From IMG/VR virus record IMGVR_UViG_3300026521_000466, positions 100,798-164,797 of that record: a stretch of DNA of 64,000 nt, one strand, 5' to 3'. Position numbers and translations under genes: made by a program. This document shows positions 29,614-38,919 of the stretch, one piece after another (positions within the stretch are counted from its first letter, which is position 1; each line of letters starts with the position of its first letter). The stretch comes from a virus. The notes below the pieces were generated by a model. That model was given only the letters and a program-made list of their open reading frames with translations, made no database searches and was not told the DNA's origin.

Positions 29614-30752
29614 TATCCTCTCCTTATAAGTTCAAGTTCACTTTTATAGAAGCTATAGTTCGGTTTACCATCATACAGCGTATTCTCACCATCTTCTACT
29701 ATATTGTCAATTTTATAATAGCAATCCTCTGCACCTTTTACATGCACTATATCACCTAGTTTAAAATCAATCGGTTGTGAAACGGCCTCGGTAATAGAAT
29801 CATGTATCATCTTCATTTGTCGTTCAGTCTGTTCTTCTGTAAGAACTCTTTTATGCACTACCAAATTTGATATGTCTGTAAGAGGCAGTCTAAATCCAGA
29901 TGCGTGTTTGTGCCCACCCCCTCCAAATTTCCTTGCTAACTCAAAGACATCTACGTCACCTATAGAGCGGAGAGAAACTATAATTTCCCTAATCCCTTCA
30001 TTGTTGGTGGCTATGAACCATTGAGCACATATATTATGCTCCCATCTCTCCGATACAAGATTTCCAACTTCGCTGATAAACATACGGTTGTTTAATGTAG
30101 GTATTTCCACACCGCCAAATGACACAACTGTAATATTTTCAGGTTTTGTTATAGAATCTACCAACTCATTCTTATACGCGATTCTTTCTGTAGTAGCCTC
30201 TGTAATAAAAGGAGTAACATCATATACAGAAAATCTATCCAGTGATGATAAGTCGTTCATATCAACTTCTTTACGAAAACCTTCAGTGAACGCATGTGTG
30301 TCAGGGAGTTTAAACAGCCATAGATCACGATCTTTTATATATTGCAAACATATAGGTATATCAGACATACCCATCAATGCCTTCCATGTAATTGTTGCAC
30401 CGGACTCATTCATATCAAATATGATATTAGGCAGTCCATCTAACTCTTTCTCTGCCGATGCATGATGGTCCAATACAACCACCTCTTTTGCGGCTTCGAT
30501 CATTTTCTTCATCTCATCTCTTTTAAGAGAGAAGTCTGTGAACAACACAAAACAACCACCATACTGTTCAAAATCAATAGCATCGCCGTACTGGACAAAC
30601 TCCACAAATGGTGCAAGTTCACTTGGAGTAATTGCCAATGCTGTTGAGATTGCCCATGCGGACCCCATGCCATCGGGACAGTTCTTGTGTGTAATTACCC
30701 TTAATGTTTTATTCTCGTATGCCTCATTTACTTTCTTAAATAGTTCTGTCAT
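29613..30752 (-). CDS. DHH/DHHA1 family phosphoesterase (NrnB-like)
   Basis: H.NCPDG, TDFS, LDHH, SGA, DRDLW, SLRS, GGGGHKHASGF. Confidence 0.88.
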   Translation of the reverse strand: MTELFKKVNEAYENKTLRVITHKNCPDGMGSAWAISTALAITPSELAPFVEFVQYGDAIDFEQYGGCFVLFTDFSLKRDEMKKMIEAAKEVVVLDHHASAEKELDGLPNIIFDMNESGATITWKALMGMSDIPICLQYIKDRDLWLFKLPDTHAFTEGFRKEVDMNDLSSLDRFSVYDVTPFITEATTERIAYKNELVDSITKPENITVVSFGGVEIPTLNNRMFISEVGNLVSERWEHNICAQWFIATNNEGIREIIVSLRSIGDVDVFELARKFGGGGHKHASGFRLPLTDISNLVVHKRVLTEEQTERQMKMIHDSITEAVSQPIDFKLGDIVHVKGAEDCYYKIDNIVEDGENTLYDGKPNYSFYKSELELIRRG

Positions 30753-30766
30753 CTCTTTTTCCTTTT

Positions 30767-31051
30767 TTATTTAATATAGAGTACATCTACTGGTTTCAGT
30801 AGAATAATATCGTTTGATTCCAATAGCCTTCTACCTCTTCGCCTTCTTACAGCAATGATAGAGACAGGAAACTCTTTGTCTGTAACTAGAACATTAGTTG
30901 CTATGACAGTGTCCGTATCTGTATTATACACAGTGACATGTCTATCGTCTTTTCCAACTACTATTGTTGCTTTATTTAACAAACCTCTATCCATAACAGT
31001 AACATCATACTTCTTAGCAAATCGTCTAAGAATAGCTGACAACTTCTTCAT
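30767..31051 (-). CDS. Hypothetical protein
   Basis: AAGGA RBS. Confidence 0.65.
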   Translation of the reverse strand: MKKLSAILRRFAKKYDVTVMDRGLLNKATIVVGKDDRHVTVYNTDTDTVIATNVLVTDKEFPVSIIAVRRRRGRRLLESNDIILLKPVDVLYIK

Positions 31052-31061
31052 TTTTTTCCTT

Positions 31062-31391
31062 TTACTTTTTAATTTCTTCTGGAGTTCTTACCAGATGCGC
31101 GCTTCCATCTACCGTAGGGATATCTTCAATAGGCAAGTCTCTATCTACTAATACATCAAGATGTCGTTGTTCGTATAAGGAAAGCGCTTTCCTGATATGA
31201 AAAATTATCTCCTTATTATACGGATGATGTTTCTCTGCTTCCAGAACCTTTGTTCTATCTATTGCAACACGCAATAGCTCTTGGGTAATTGTCCCGTCTA
31301 TGCCCGCTTTATTATCGATAAACTTAATTATCTGTCCGCCTCTATGTTTGTTATCCACTCGATATACAAACCCCGCTTTTATAACATCCAT
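31062..31391 (-). CDS. Tad1/Acb2-like cyclic-nucleotide sponge candidate
   Basis: IKF...GT.TQELLRVAIDR..L......N...I.H...AL....QR resembles the Tad1 helical hairpin (G..NEDL....IDRL..FQ...CREN..AIT.LEEAL.WL..RT). Confidence 0.55.
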   Translation of the reverse strand: MDVIKAGFVYRVDNKHRGGQIIKFIDNKAGIDGTITQELLRVAIDRTKVLEAEKHHPYNKEIIFHIRKALSLYEQRHLDVLVDRDLPIEDIPTVDGSAHLVRTPEEIKK

Positions 31392-31401
31392 CCCATATCC
31401 C

Positions 31402-31881
31402 TCATTTTATTCTATAGATAACAGTATCATCATTTTTAATCATCTCTATAGTCTCTGCTGTAGCTATTAATATACCATGTCTGTCTCTCATATTAAGCCT
31501 GTCGTCAAGAACACCCATATCTTTATCGTACCCTAACCTAATCAAATCTCCTTTCATACGATCTGCGAAAGGCACTTCAACTAACGTTCTTCCATAGAAC
31601 TCTTTTTTAAATATGTTCAATGTCAGTATAGACGCAAGAGAAAAACCAAATGGGAACCCAATTAGCAATGCGATGTCCATAGCTAAGTTGAACCAATTTG
31701 TTTTAAAGTCGTCTTTTATCATATCAATGATATCTATAATGCCTTCTTTGAAACGCTTAATAGTAAACATGTCAGAAACATTCAAAACCATAATTATAAC
31801 AAACGCCATAACTATACCACTAACAACCAATGTTATAACAAAACTTAACAGTGAGTATAGTGTAAATATATCCATTCCCAT
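31402..31881 (-). CDS. Membrane protein
   Basis: Two hydrophobic helices. Confidence 0.7.
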   Translation of the reverse strand: MGMDIFTLYSLLSFVITLVVSGIVMAFVIIMVLNVSDMFTIKRFKEGIIDIIDMIKDDFKTNWFNLAMDIALLIGFPFGFSLASILTLNIFKKEFYGRTLVEVPFADRMKGDLIRLGYDKDMGVLDDRLNMRDRHGILIATAETIEMIKNDDTVIYRIK

Positions 31882-31885
31882 CTTA

Positions 31886-32386
31886 TCACTCCTTCTCTAC
31901 ATACATTAGAGTCATTAGGTACTCATATGCTTCATCTCTATGGATTTTAGGAAGATTTCCACATGACTTACTCTCTCGATCAGCTATATCCTCTTCACCC
32001 ATACCTCTCTCATTATATACTTTTTCAGGATCGTACTTTGCCACCAGTTCAATAGCAATCACCTCCACATCAGTGCCGTCAAATATCTCTTTAACTGCTT
32101 TGATATCTTTTGACGATAAAAAAGAGACAACAGAGTCTTTATCTGTATCTCTAAGATGATATCCATAATGATTCCCATCACCAGTCTCCATATGATGGAA
32201 AAATTTCCCTTCCATATAAAACTTATTAAACATCCCTTTACTTACATGTATGTAGTAATAAGGATCATCTTGACGACCTGTTCGTGTAGTATATATGGTC
32301 ACTGGCTGTATTCCAGCATCCACCAATTTTCTCTCTAAGGTAGTTTTACCCACTCCACTCTTACCGCATAAAACAATAAGTTTCAT
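31886..32386 (-). CDS. Guanylate kinase-like P-loop protein (paralog 1)
   Basis: GKSGVGKTT, YTTR..R, Y..VS...F, GNHYG. Confidence 0.8.
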   Translation of the reverse strand: MKLIVLCGKSGVGKTTLERKLVDAGIQPVTIYTTRTGRQDDPYYYIHVSKGMFNKFYMEGKFFHHMETGDGNHYGYHLRDTDKDSVVSFLSSKDIKAVKEIFDGTDVEVIAIELVAKYDPEKVYNERGMGEEDIADRESKSCGNLPKIHRDEAYEYLMTLMYVEKE

Positions 32387-32513
32387 TACTCTTCTCCTTT
32401 TTACTCTTTTACATCATATACTATAGAGCACACTTTCACTTTTCTGAAAGGTTTCAATAGATTAACTAAAATAAATTTTAGCATAGGTGTTTTATAACAA
32501 TAGATTGCTGGTT

Positions 32514-32798
32514 TCACCGCTCACCTCCTTGATATTGATTACTGATTTCTGCCATATGATCGATGAGTTTATAAATAAAATTCTTCACTCTCGGTCCTTT
32601 ACAGAATACTGTTACTTTCGTATTATGTTGTTGACTAACTTCAACCATTGGATACATGTTATAGAAGTTTTCTTCATTGATGTATGTTCCCAATTTAGAA
32701 TTTATCCTCGCAATATATGAAGGTTTCTCTTCATCCGCGAGTGAAGATTTTTCAATCTCATAGATAAAACCTTTTCGTTTGCCTTTAATTATCCACAT
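32514..32798 (-). CDS. Hypothetical early protein
   Basis: AAGGA RBS downstream of the promoter. Confidence 0.65.
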   Translation of the reverse strand: MWIIKGKRKGFIYEIEKSSLADEEKPSYIARINSKLGTYINEENFYNMYPMVEVSQQHNTKVTVFCKGPRVKNFIYKLIDHMAEISNQYQGGER

Positions 32799-32825
32799 AG
32801 TGGTTCCTTCACTGTATAAATTTTA

Positions 32826-32879
32826 ATAGCTATTAAAGCACCTAAACCTAACCACTATAATAATATACAAAAGAAAAAA
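32826..32879 (-). promoter_or_regulatory. Early-type promoter plus leader motif
   Basis: Minus strand reads TTTTTTCTTTTGTATATTATTATAGTGGTTAGGTTTAGGTGCTTTAATAGCTAT. Confidence 0.8.
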
Positions 32880-32906
32880 CGTACCCTAGACCGTAGTCTA
32901 GGATAG

Positions 32907-33449
32907 TTAGTATCGCTCATATACATTATAGATAAGTTGTGCTTTATCCATACTTCCATAGTCACGTATCTTTTCACATGCAGTTGACGCATCCACAGCA
33001 AGCTCTTTCAAAAGTCTGGTTGAGCTGTAAGTCACAGCTTCTCCTGCCTTATAATGCGGTCTCAATACTTTATCCATAATCTGCGCAGACCTTAATAGAT
33101 TCCAACAAGATGCTTTAACTTCGCCATACAACCAAGATCTTTTACCATCATACATTTTAAGATATTGATCCCAATAAAGAACTCGCCTAGCCTTTGCTTT
33201 AAATGATCTTGATCTAGGAGTGTCTCTATAACCACACTCTATCATTACATTCTTTGCCGCATCCAAATCATTAGGGATAAATCTGGGATACCCAACCTTA
33301 TATGCAGCACCGTAAAACTTGTTCAGTTTTAACAGTGCATCCAATTCGTAAATAGCTGCTGCGCAACTATCAATATTAGCACTTAATGCACTAGCGAATA
33401 TTGCCATAATAAGAATAATCTTTTTCACTTCTTCTCCTTTATTCTTCAT
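32907..33449 (-). CDS. Secreted/periplasmic hypothetical protein
   Basis: Signal peptide (V)KKIILIMAIFASALSA after AAGGAG; two cysteine pairs; CTTAGGTGT leader motif at 33467-33475. Confidence 0.7.
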   Translation of the reverse strand: MKNKGEEVKKIILIMAIFASALSANIDSCAAAIYELDALLKLNKFYGAAYKVGYPRFIPNDLDAAKNVMIECGYRDTPRSRSFKAKARRVLYWDQYLKMYDGKRSWLYGEVKASCWNLLRSAQIMDKVLRPHYKAGEAVTYSSTRLLKELAVDASTACEKIRDYGSMDKAQLIYNVYERY

Positions 33450-33529
33450 AATTAATGTCTATTGACACACCTAAGTATACTCTACATAATAATCATATAT
33501 AAAAGAAAAAACTTGCTAGGGTCAATACC

Positions 33530-33895
33530 CTAGCAAGCATTCATAAGTTTATAATTTCTTATCTCCCTAAACATCAAAGCACTATCAAACTTTTGATCAT
33601 ACATCCCTATTACATCAATAGGATTGGTCAATACCGGTGTATAATCTAATTTCATCTCCTGTAAGTGAAAGTCCAATATGCGCTTAGTGTCATCTTTTTC
33701 TTGGTCCCCATAAATGGTTAAAGAAACAGGTATTTTTACCGATCCCTTATATATGCCTAACAGATATACATCTATCCTGTTTTGTGTTATGGATATTGTA
33801 TTATGTCCTGCAATTATGCGAACCTCCGTCTCCTCCGATGTTTTATTATGTATAATTTTCAATACTCTGTTTATGTAGTTATTTTTTAAAACCAC
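33530..33895 (-). CDS. Hypothetical protein
   Basis: 121 aa ORF with AAGGA RBS. Confidence 0.6.
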   Translation of the reverse strand: MVLKNNYINRVLKIIHNKTSEETEVRIIAGHNTISITQNRIDVYLLGIYKGSVKIPVSLTIYGDQEKDDTKRILDFHLQEMKLDYTPVLTNPIDVIGMYDQKFDSALMFREIRNYKLMNAC

Positions 33896-33924
33896 GTTAA
33901 GTCCTTCTGTTTAATGTCAGTAAA

Positions 33925-35826
33925 TTAATTTAAATGTTTAACTGCCATTAACTGCACCTTATCATCTATCTCAATAGTATAAGAGAAACTTACTTTTTCC
34001 CCGGGGTTATGACCGAATGATTTAAAATAGATCATCTCAGAATCTGTCTCTTCAAACCATAGTTTTGTTATTTTACCATAACTCTTTACCTTATGTATTG
34101 TAAAGGTACTTTCGTATATCGGATATGGATTACCTTGTCCATATGGTCTATTTTTCTCTATAGTAACAACCTCTTTTTGTATCTCTCTTGGATCTATTTT
34201 TATAGTCTCCTCTTCATCAGTGTATCCGATATTATTATCCTCAATATATTTCTCAAAATACTTTACAAAATCTTTTATTGCATCAGAGGTACCATTTATG
34301 GATACTCCACATGCGGCATGGTGCCCTCCGTAATGCAGTATTGAATCTGAGTTATCATTGATATATTGAAGTATATCTATAAGAGGTATCTTTTGTATAG
34401 CTCTAGCAGATCCTTTAAATGTATTGCCCACTCTGGTCAATACGAATGTAGGTGTATTTATTTCATTGCCTATTCTTCCTGCTACCAGCCCGTTAAAGGA
34501 CGTGGTATCCATGGGGTTCAATAACACCATCACATTCTTAAATAGCTTAGCATTGGCAGTCAGTTGCTTTAGAAGAACCGAGTATAATGAATTAGTTTGA
34601 TTCTTTCTATCCTTATTCATAAATGACATTTCGGATATCTTTGAAATATCTCCCATGAGAAACTCAAAAGCTATATTAGGTTTGGCTAGCCTATGAGTGG
34701 AATTTATTAATGGCCCTACATTCATAGATAGCCATCTGTCGTGCATGCGTTTCTTATAAGTGACTTTCAATAACTTATTGAATAGTTCAGACTCTTTTAT
34801 ATACTCCATAGCCTCATAATATGTTTTTCTATTCTCCTCATCTGCCATACTCATCTGATCTATTATATTTGCCATTGCCACAATAGGTAATAGTTCCTTT
34901 CTTAACTCCTTTGTAATAAACGGAGCAAGTAACCTAAAGAGCACATTGCATCCACTAAATGCTTTGTTAAGATTGCATTTACTATAGTGTGGGTTAATAA
35001 TGTGATCTACAGCATTTTCCAATGCAGATTCATTATCTACAAGGTGATGGTCTGTCATCACTATAACAACATTGGGCCTGTCATTTCTTAATCTATTAAA
35101 TCTTTCAGCGTCAGAAGAACCGTGATCCGCCGTAAGAAAAACAAATCTTTCAAACTTGTCGGTAATGGCTATTGTTCTATTAATAGTCTCATCAGAGACA
35201 CCTCTCGGATGCTCATTGTTTAAAAGGATGTGGTGTATCTTTTTATTCATGGACTTTAATACTTTCATACCAACTACTGATGATGAAATGCCATCTGCAT
35301 CATAATCAGTATTCACTACTACAGAGTCAATAGTCTGTAGCGGTACTCTAGCCTCTTCAAGAAGATTCCTCTCAGGAAAAACATCCCCTCGCAACACCAT
35401 CAGTATTCTACCTAAATGGTTATAACCAACACCTCGGCAAACTCCAAAATAGGTATCATTCCAAAAGTTATCTTCTACTATTCTTCCATCTATCTTTCTT
35501 AATTTATCCAACAACTCTTGATGTTGTGTAAACTTCAAACAGACTACCGCCTCCATAATTTCGCGTTTTATAGAATCCCAATCACTTCTTAACTTAATAT
35601 CTCTGCTTGCTTTCTTTACTTTACGCGGATTCTCTTCAGACAGGATAAACTCTCTCCATTTCGGATCATCTGATTTCATTGCCATATACGCATGTTCAGA
35701 TGTCGGATAAATAGTGTTATCGAATACTACATTAGGATACTTCTTCTTAAACTCTTCATCAGCTACCATTGTTACTGTAGCCGGATACATATTGGATAAA
35801 AATCCATACTCATCTTTAAATAACAT
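33925..35826 (-). CDS. NADAR (YbiA-like) domain fused to a RecJ-like DHH ssDNA exonuclease
   Basis: aa 1-148: FLSNMYP, SEHAYMAMK, R.DW, KF.QH, EDNFWNDTYFG, G.NHLGRILM.LR. aa 165-633: DYDADG, DHGS, TDHH, INP, SGC.V, GPLINS..RL, GSAR, YGGHHAACG. Confidence 0.88.
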   Translation of the reverse strand: MLFKDEYGFLSNMYPATVTMVADEEFKKKYPNVVFDNTIYPTSEHAYMAMKSDDPKWREFILSEENPRKVKKASRDIKLRSDWDSIKREIMEAVVCLKFTQHQELLDKLRKIDGRIVEDNFWNDTYFGVCRGVGYNHLGRILMVLRGDVFPERNLLEEARVPLQTIDSVVVNTDYDADGISSSVVGMKVLKSMNKKIHHILLNNEHPRGVSDETINRTIAITDKFERFVFLTADHGSSDAERFNRLRNDRPNVVIVMTDHHLVDNESALENAVDHIINPHYSKCNLNKAFSGCNVLFRLLAPFITKELRKELLPIVAMANIIDQMSMADEENRKTYYEAMEYIKESELFNKLLKVTYKKRMHDRWLSMNVGPLINSTHRLAKPNIAFEFLMGDISKISEMSFMNKDRKNQTNSLYSVLLKQLTANAKLFKNVMVLLNPMDTTSFNGLVAGRIGNEINTPTFVLTRVGNTFKGSARAIQKIPLIDILQYINDNSDSILHYGGHHAACGVSINGTSDAIKDFVKYFEKYIEDNNIGYTDEEETIKIDPREIQKEVVTIEKNRPYGQGNPYPIYESTFTIHKVKSYGKITKLWFEETDSEMIYFKSFGHNPGEKVSFSYTIEIDDKVQLMAVKHLN

Positions 35827-35895
35827 ACCATATCCTTTTTAATTTATACTCTATTGAATTAAATAAAAATGAGAAAAGGTGACGGGATAAACCCA

Positions 35896-36312
35896 TCACA
35901 CTTTAAAACCACTCTTCATATTTTCCGCAACCTCCTTAGCAGACGATTCACTAATCTTTTTAAGGAGACTTAGATAACTTATCTTCTCAAGAACTGTATT
36001 ATTCTCTAAAAGATAAACATATTTTTCATTATAGTGCGCGCTTCTACCACTATTTAATTTCTTATAATGTTTACAAAAGTCACGAATCGATATCTCATCA
36101 GCAACGCGGCCCTCTATGTAATCTATAACGCCCTGTATATCACGATCATCCCTTACATATCTAAAGTGGGCGAAGTCCACTAATCGAAATATAGTTACTA
36201 TCTCTCTATCACCCACCATACTTCTGCATATAACCATATCGCGTAAAATGGTCAAGTATTGTGATTTCATCAGTGCGTTTACTCTGTTTATAAGTTCTAT
36301 AGTGCTAATCAT
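35896..36312 (-). CDS. Hypothetical protein
   Basis: GGAGAGG RBS, overlapping start. Confidence 0.7.
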   Translation of the reverse strand: MISTIELINRVNALMKSQYLTILRDMVICRSMVGDREIVTIFRLVDFAHFRYVRDDRDIQGVIDYIEGRVADEISIRDFCKHYKKLNSGRSAHYNEKYVYLLENNTVLEKISYLSLLKKISESSAKEVAENMKSGFKV

Positions 36313-37072
36313 AAAGATACCTCTCCTCTAAAAATACATTCAGTCTCATAAGATAATACTTCTCATCCAAGTATTCATCTAAGCCAAGACGTATAAAGTT
36401 CTTAATGAACTCTTTTTTAACCTCTTCTCCAAGATCACTCTTTTTAATAATAGTATTATGTATATGCTGATACAACTCACCCTTGACGCTTTCATCAATT
36501 AGTTGTAACTTATTTATAAAGTCACGCGCATGCATGGAATGGAAGTTGTAGTAATTATATCCATATCTTAAAAAGAGAGCAGGTAGAATAGCACTACAGT
36601 CAAATGATGATAATCTCAATGAGCAACTTATGTTACTATTAAATGCTAACTTAGTACCGTAGTGTTTATAAGATGCCATTATTAAATTAGCATCAGCATC
36701 CTTTATAGCCTTATGAAAAACAGTAAGTTCATATGGTATTACATCCATGCCCAATCTCTTAATAAGATAATAGATGAAATCTACATGCTCCATAGAGTCG
36801 CATTCAAAATTTAATCTGTTGTTCACAATAACACCAAACATCTTTTTAATAGTACTCTGGTCTAAATCAATATTATCATACTTTAATAGTGAATTCCATA
36901 ATATAAATAGATCATCTATATCTCCTTCATCAACGATATAAGCAACCAAAGCATTAATAGAGAATCTGTTATTTATATCACCCATATAATCTTTATATAC
37001 AGTGGCCGGTGCTTCCTCCATAAGATAAAGTAGTGTTTCAAATGTTATATCTTTATATATTGTAGTTCTCAT
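36305..37072 (-). CDS. Hypothetical helical protein
   Basis: 255 aa ORF with AAGGA RBS. Confidence 0.7.
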   Translation of the reverse strand: MRTTIYKDITFETLLYLMEEAPATVYKDYMGDINNRFSINALVAYIVDEGDIDDLFILWNSLLKYDNIDLDQSTIKKMFGVIVNNRLNFECDSMEHVDFIYYLIKRLGMDVIPYELTVFHKAIKDADANLIMASYKHYGTKLAFNSNISCSLRLSSFDCSAILPALFLRYGYNYYNFHSMHARDFINKLQLIDESVKGELYQHIHNTIIKKSDLGEEVKKEFIKNFIRLGLDEYLDEKYYLMRLNVFLEERYLYD

Positions 37073-37122
37073 TCTTTTTTTCCTTATTATTCTAGTTATA
37101 TAAGTAAATACAGGAGAAAAAA

Positions 37123-37872
37123 ATGAATAGATTTATCTTTACAAGTTATTATGCGAACCCGACTAAAGCACTGAAAGAGAAGTATTCCATATCAAATATC
37201 ACACCTAAATGGTTTGAAGTTGACGGAACAATAGAAGAACTATACCCTGATAAAGAATCTGTTTTTGATTATAAGAAAGGAATAATAACAACAGCGGAGT
37301 TTATAAACATATATAGAAAGAAACTACACGGGCTAGATAAGGACCTAATCAATAGCTTATACGGAAAATCTTTATTCTGTTACGAAAAACCATCGGATTT
37401 CTGCCATAGACATCTGCTCCGTGAATACTTACAGTTGCGAGGCGAAATATGTATAGAAATACCAAATACCAAACTTCCTTCTATTGGAGCGGTCGGGTCA
37501 AGAGGCTTCAATGATAAAGAGATACTTTATAGTATAATGGATGAATTATCCGATATGTTTGATTATAAAGTGATATCCGGCGGAGCACGCGGCGCAGATA
37601 GTTTAGGAGAGAAATATGCGGTGGAGAATAAGAAAGAAACTTTAATTCATCTTCCTGATTGGGAAAAACATGGTAAGCCGGCAGCCTTTATACGAAACAA
37701 AAACATAGTGGATGATTCGGATATAATATTGGCATTCTGGGATGGCGAATCAAGAGGTACAAAAAATACTATTGATATAGCCTACAGACAACATAAGCAA
37801 ATAATTATATATGACTACAAAGAAAAAAGGTTATATTTACATACAATGAAAAAATACCTTTATAAGAAGTGA
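37123..37872 (+). CDS. DUF488-like domain fused to a SLOG (DUF2493/YspA-like) domain
   Basis: N-terminal FTSYY and LFCYEKPSDFCHRHLL; C-terminal VGSRGF, ISGGARGADSLG, PDW..HG..A..IRN..IV, AFWDGESRGT. Confidence 0.82.
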   Translation: MNRFIFTSYYANPTKALKEKYSISNITPKWFEVDGTIEELYPDKESVFDYKKGIITTAEFINIYRKKLHGLDKDLINSLYGKSLFCYEKPSDFCHRHLLREYLQLRGEICIEIPNTKLPSIGAVGSRGFNDKEILYSIMDELSDMFDYKVISGGARGADSLGEKYAVENKKETLIHLPDWEKHGKPAAFIRNKNIVDDSDIILAFWDGESRGTKNTIDIAYRQHKQIIIYDYKEKRLYLHTMKKYLYKK

Positions 37873-37901
37873 GAGTAGTGTGGGATATCCCACACTACTC
37901 T
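37871..37901. terminator. Long perfect hairpin between convergent genes
   Basis: AGAGTAGTGTGGGA/TCCCACACTACTCT. Confidence 0.75.
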
Positions 37902-38113
37902 ATTTTAACTCTATGTCCAGAATCTGTTAGGTAATTTGCCCAAACATATACGTCATTTATAGGATCATACTCGATACATTTTTTATCAATCAAATCATCC
38001 TTGACATCGTCAAGCATAACTTTAAACAGTATACTCATTGTAATAATTGCTACTACAACACCACATATAAAAGACCATGCCAAAACAGTACGTTGTCCTT
38101 TATTAAACTCCAT
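37895..38113 (-). CDS. Small membrane-anchored protein
   Basis: One transmembrane helix; AAGGAG RBS. Confidence 0.65.
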   Translation of the reverse strand: MEFNKGQRTVLAWSFICGVVVAIITMSILFKVMLDDVKDDLIDKKCIEYDPINDVYVWANYLTDSGHRVKIE

Positions 38114-38128
38114 ATTATCTCCTTTCGA

Positions 38129-38662
38129 CTATATATAGTCATTAAATACAGACATAGCAGATTCAAATGAATTATCTCTATTAAACGTAATAATATTAAT
38201 GCTCTTATCAAGTTTATCATAGTTTCCAGCAATACCCAAAGATTGTCTATTAACATACTCTATATGAGAACGTGATCTCTCTTTTACTGCATTGTCGTCC
38301 ACATTATTATCCTGAAATATAGCATAAGTTACCTTGAACCCTGCCTTAATGGCAATGTGAGATATATCAAATGCGTTTCCATGGTAAATAAATGAGACTA
38401 CATAATTACCATTCTCTTTTGGAAGCGTATATCCATATACTCTATCATTCACCTCAGTATGAAAAGAAAAATCAAATTCACCGTGCATCTGCATGTCGTA
38501 AAATTCTTCAGCGCTGACATAATTGTAACTAGAAACATCGTCCTTACGTCGTTCTCTATCTGTATAAATAGGAACTCCGACAACACCGTGATTCATTAAT
38601 TTTCTTTCCAGTGTGGTTTTACCCACTCCACTCTTACCAACTATAACTAATAATTTTTTCAT
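38129..38662 (-). CDS. Guanylate kinase-like P-loop protein (paralog 2)
   Basis: GKSGVGKTTLERKL identical to paralog 1; YT.R.RR, Y.YVS.EEF, YGY. Confidence 0.8.
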   Translation of the reverse strand: MKKLLVIVGKSGVGKTTLERKLMNHGVVGVPIYTDRERRKDDVSSYNYVSAEEFYDMQMHGEFDFSFHTEVNDRVYGYTLPKENGNYVVSFIYHGNAFDISHIAIKAGFKVTYAIFQDNNVDDNAVKERSRSHIEYVNRQSLGIAGNYDKLDKSINIITFNRDNSFESAMSVFNDYI

Positions 38663-38681
38663 GTGTCCTCCCAGAGGTCTT

Positions 38682-38918
38682 TCATAGACCTCTTTTATTA
38701 TATTCTTTCTCTAATCTTTTAAACACCTTTCGGTATTTCTTACCATTATCCATTGCTAACTCCCATATAGTTCCAGCATTAACAATAGATATTATCAACT
38801 GCTCCCTTGCTCTCTGATGGAGATCCATCGCATAGAGTCTTTCGGTTCTTTTATTAATGAACTCTCTATCTTTATCAGAGAGATATTTTTTTAACGGATG
38901 CGGTATATTGAAATACAT
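38682..38918 (-). CDS. Hypothetical protein
   Basis: 78 aa ORF directly downstream of the RNAP subunit gene. Confidence 0.6.
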   Translation of the reverse strand: MYFNIPHPLKKYLSDKDREFINKRTERLYAMDLHQRAREQLIISIVNAGTIWELAMDNGKKYRKVFKRLEKEYNKRGL

Positions 38919-38919
38919 A

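Noticed and set aside
32885-32903. GACCGTAG as another copy of the repeat-loop motif
   Set aside because: It is in the opposite orientation and forms the loop of an ordinary CTAGA/TCTAG terminator hairpin; likely chance.
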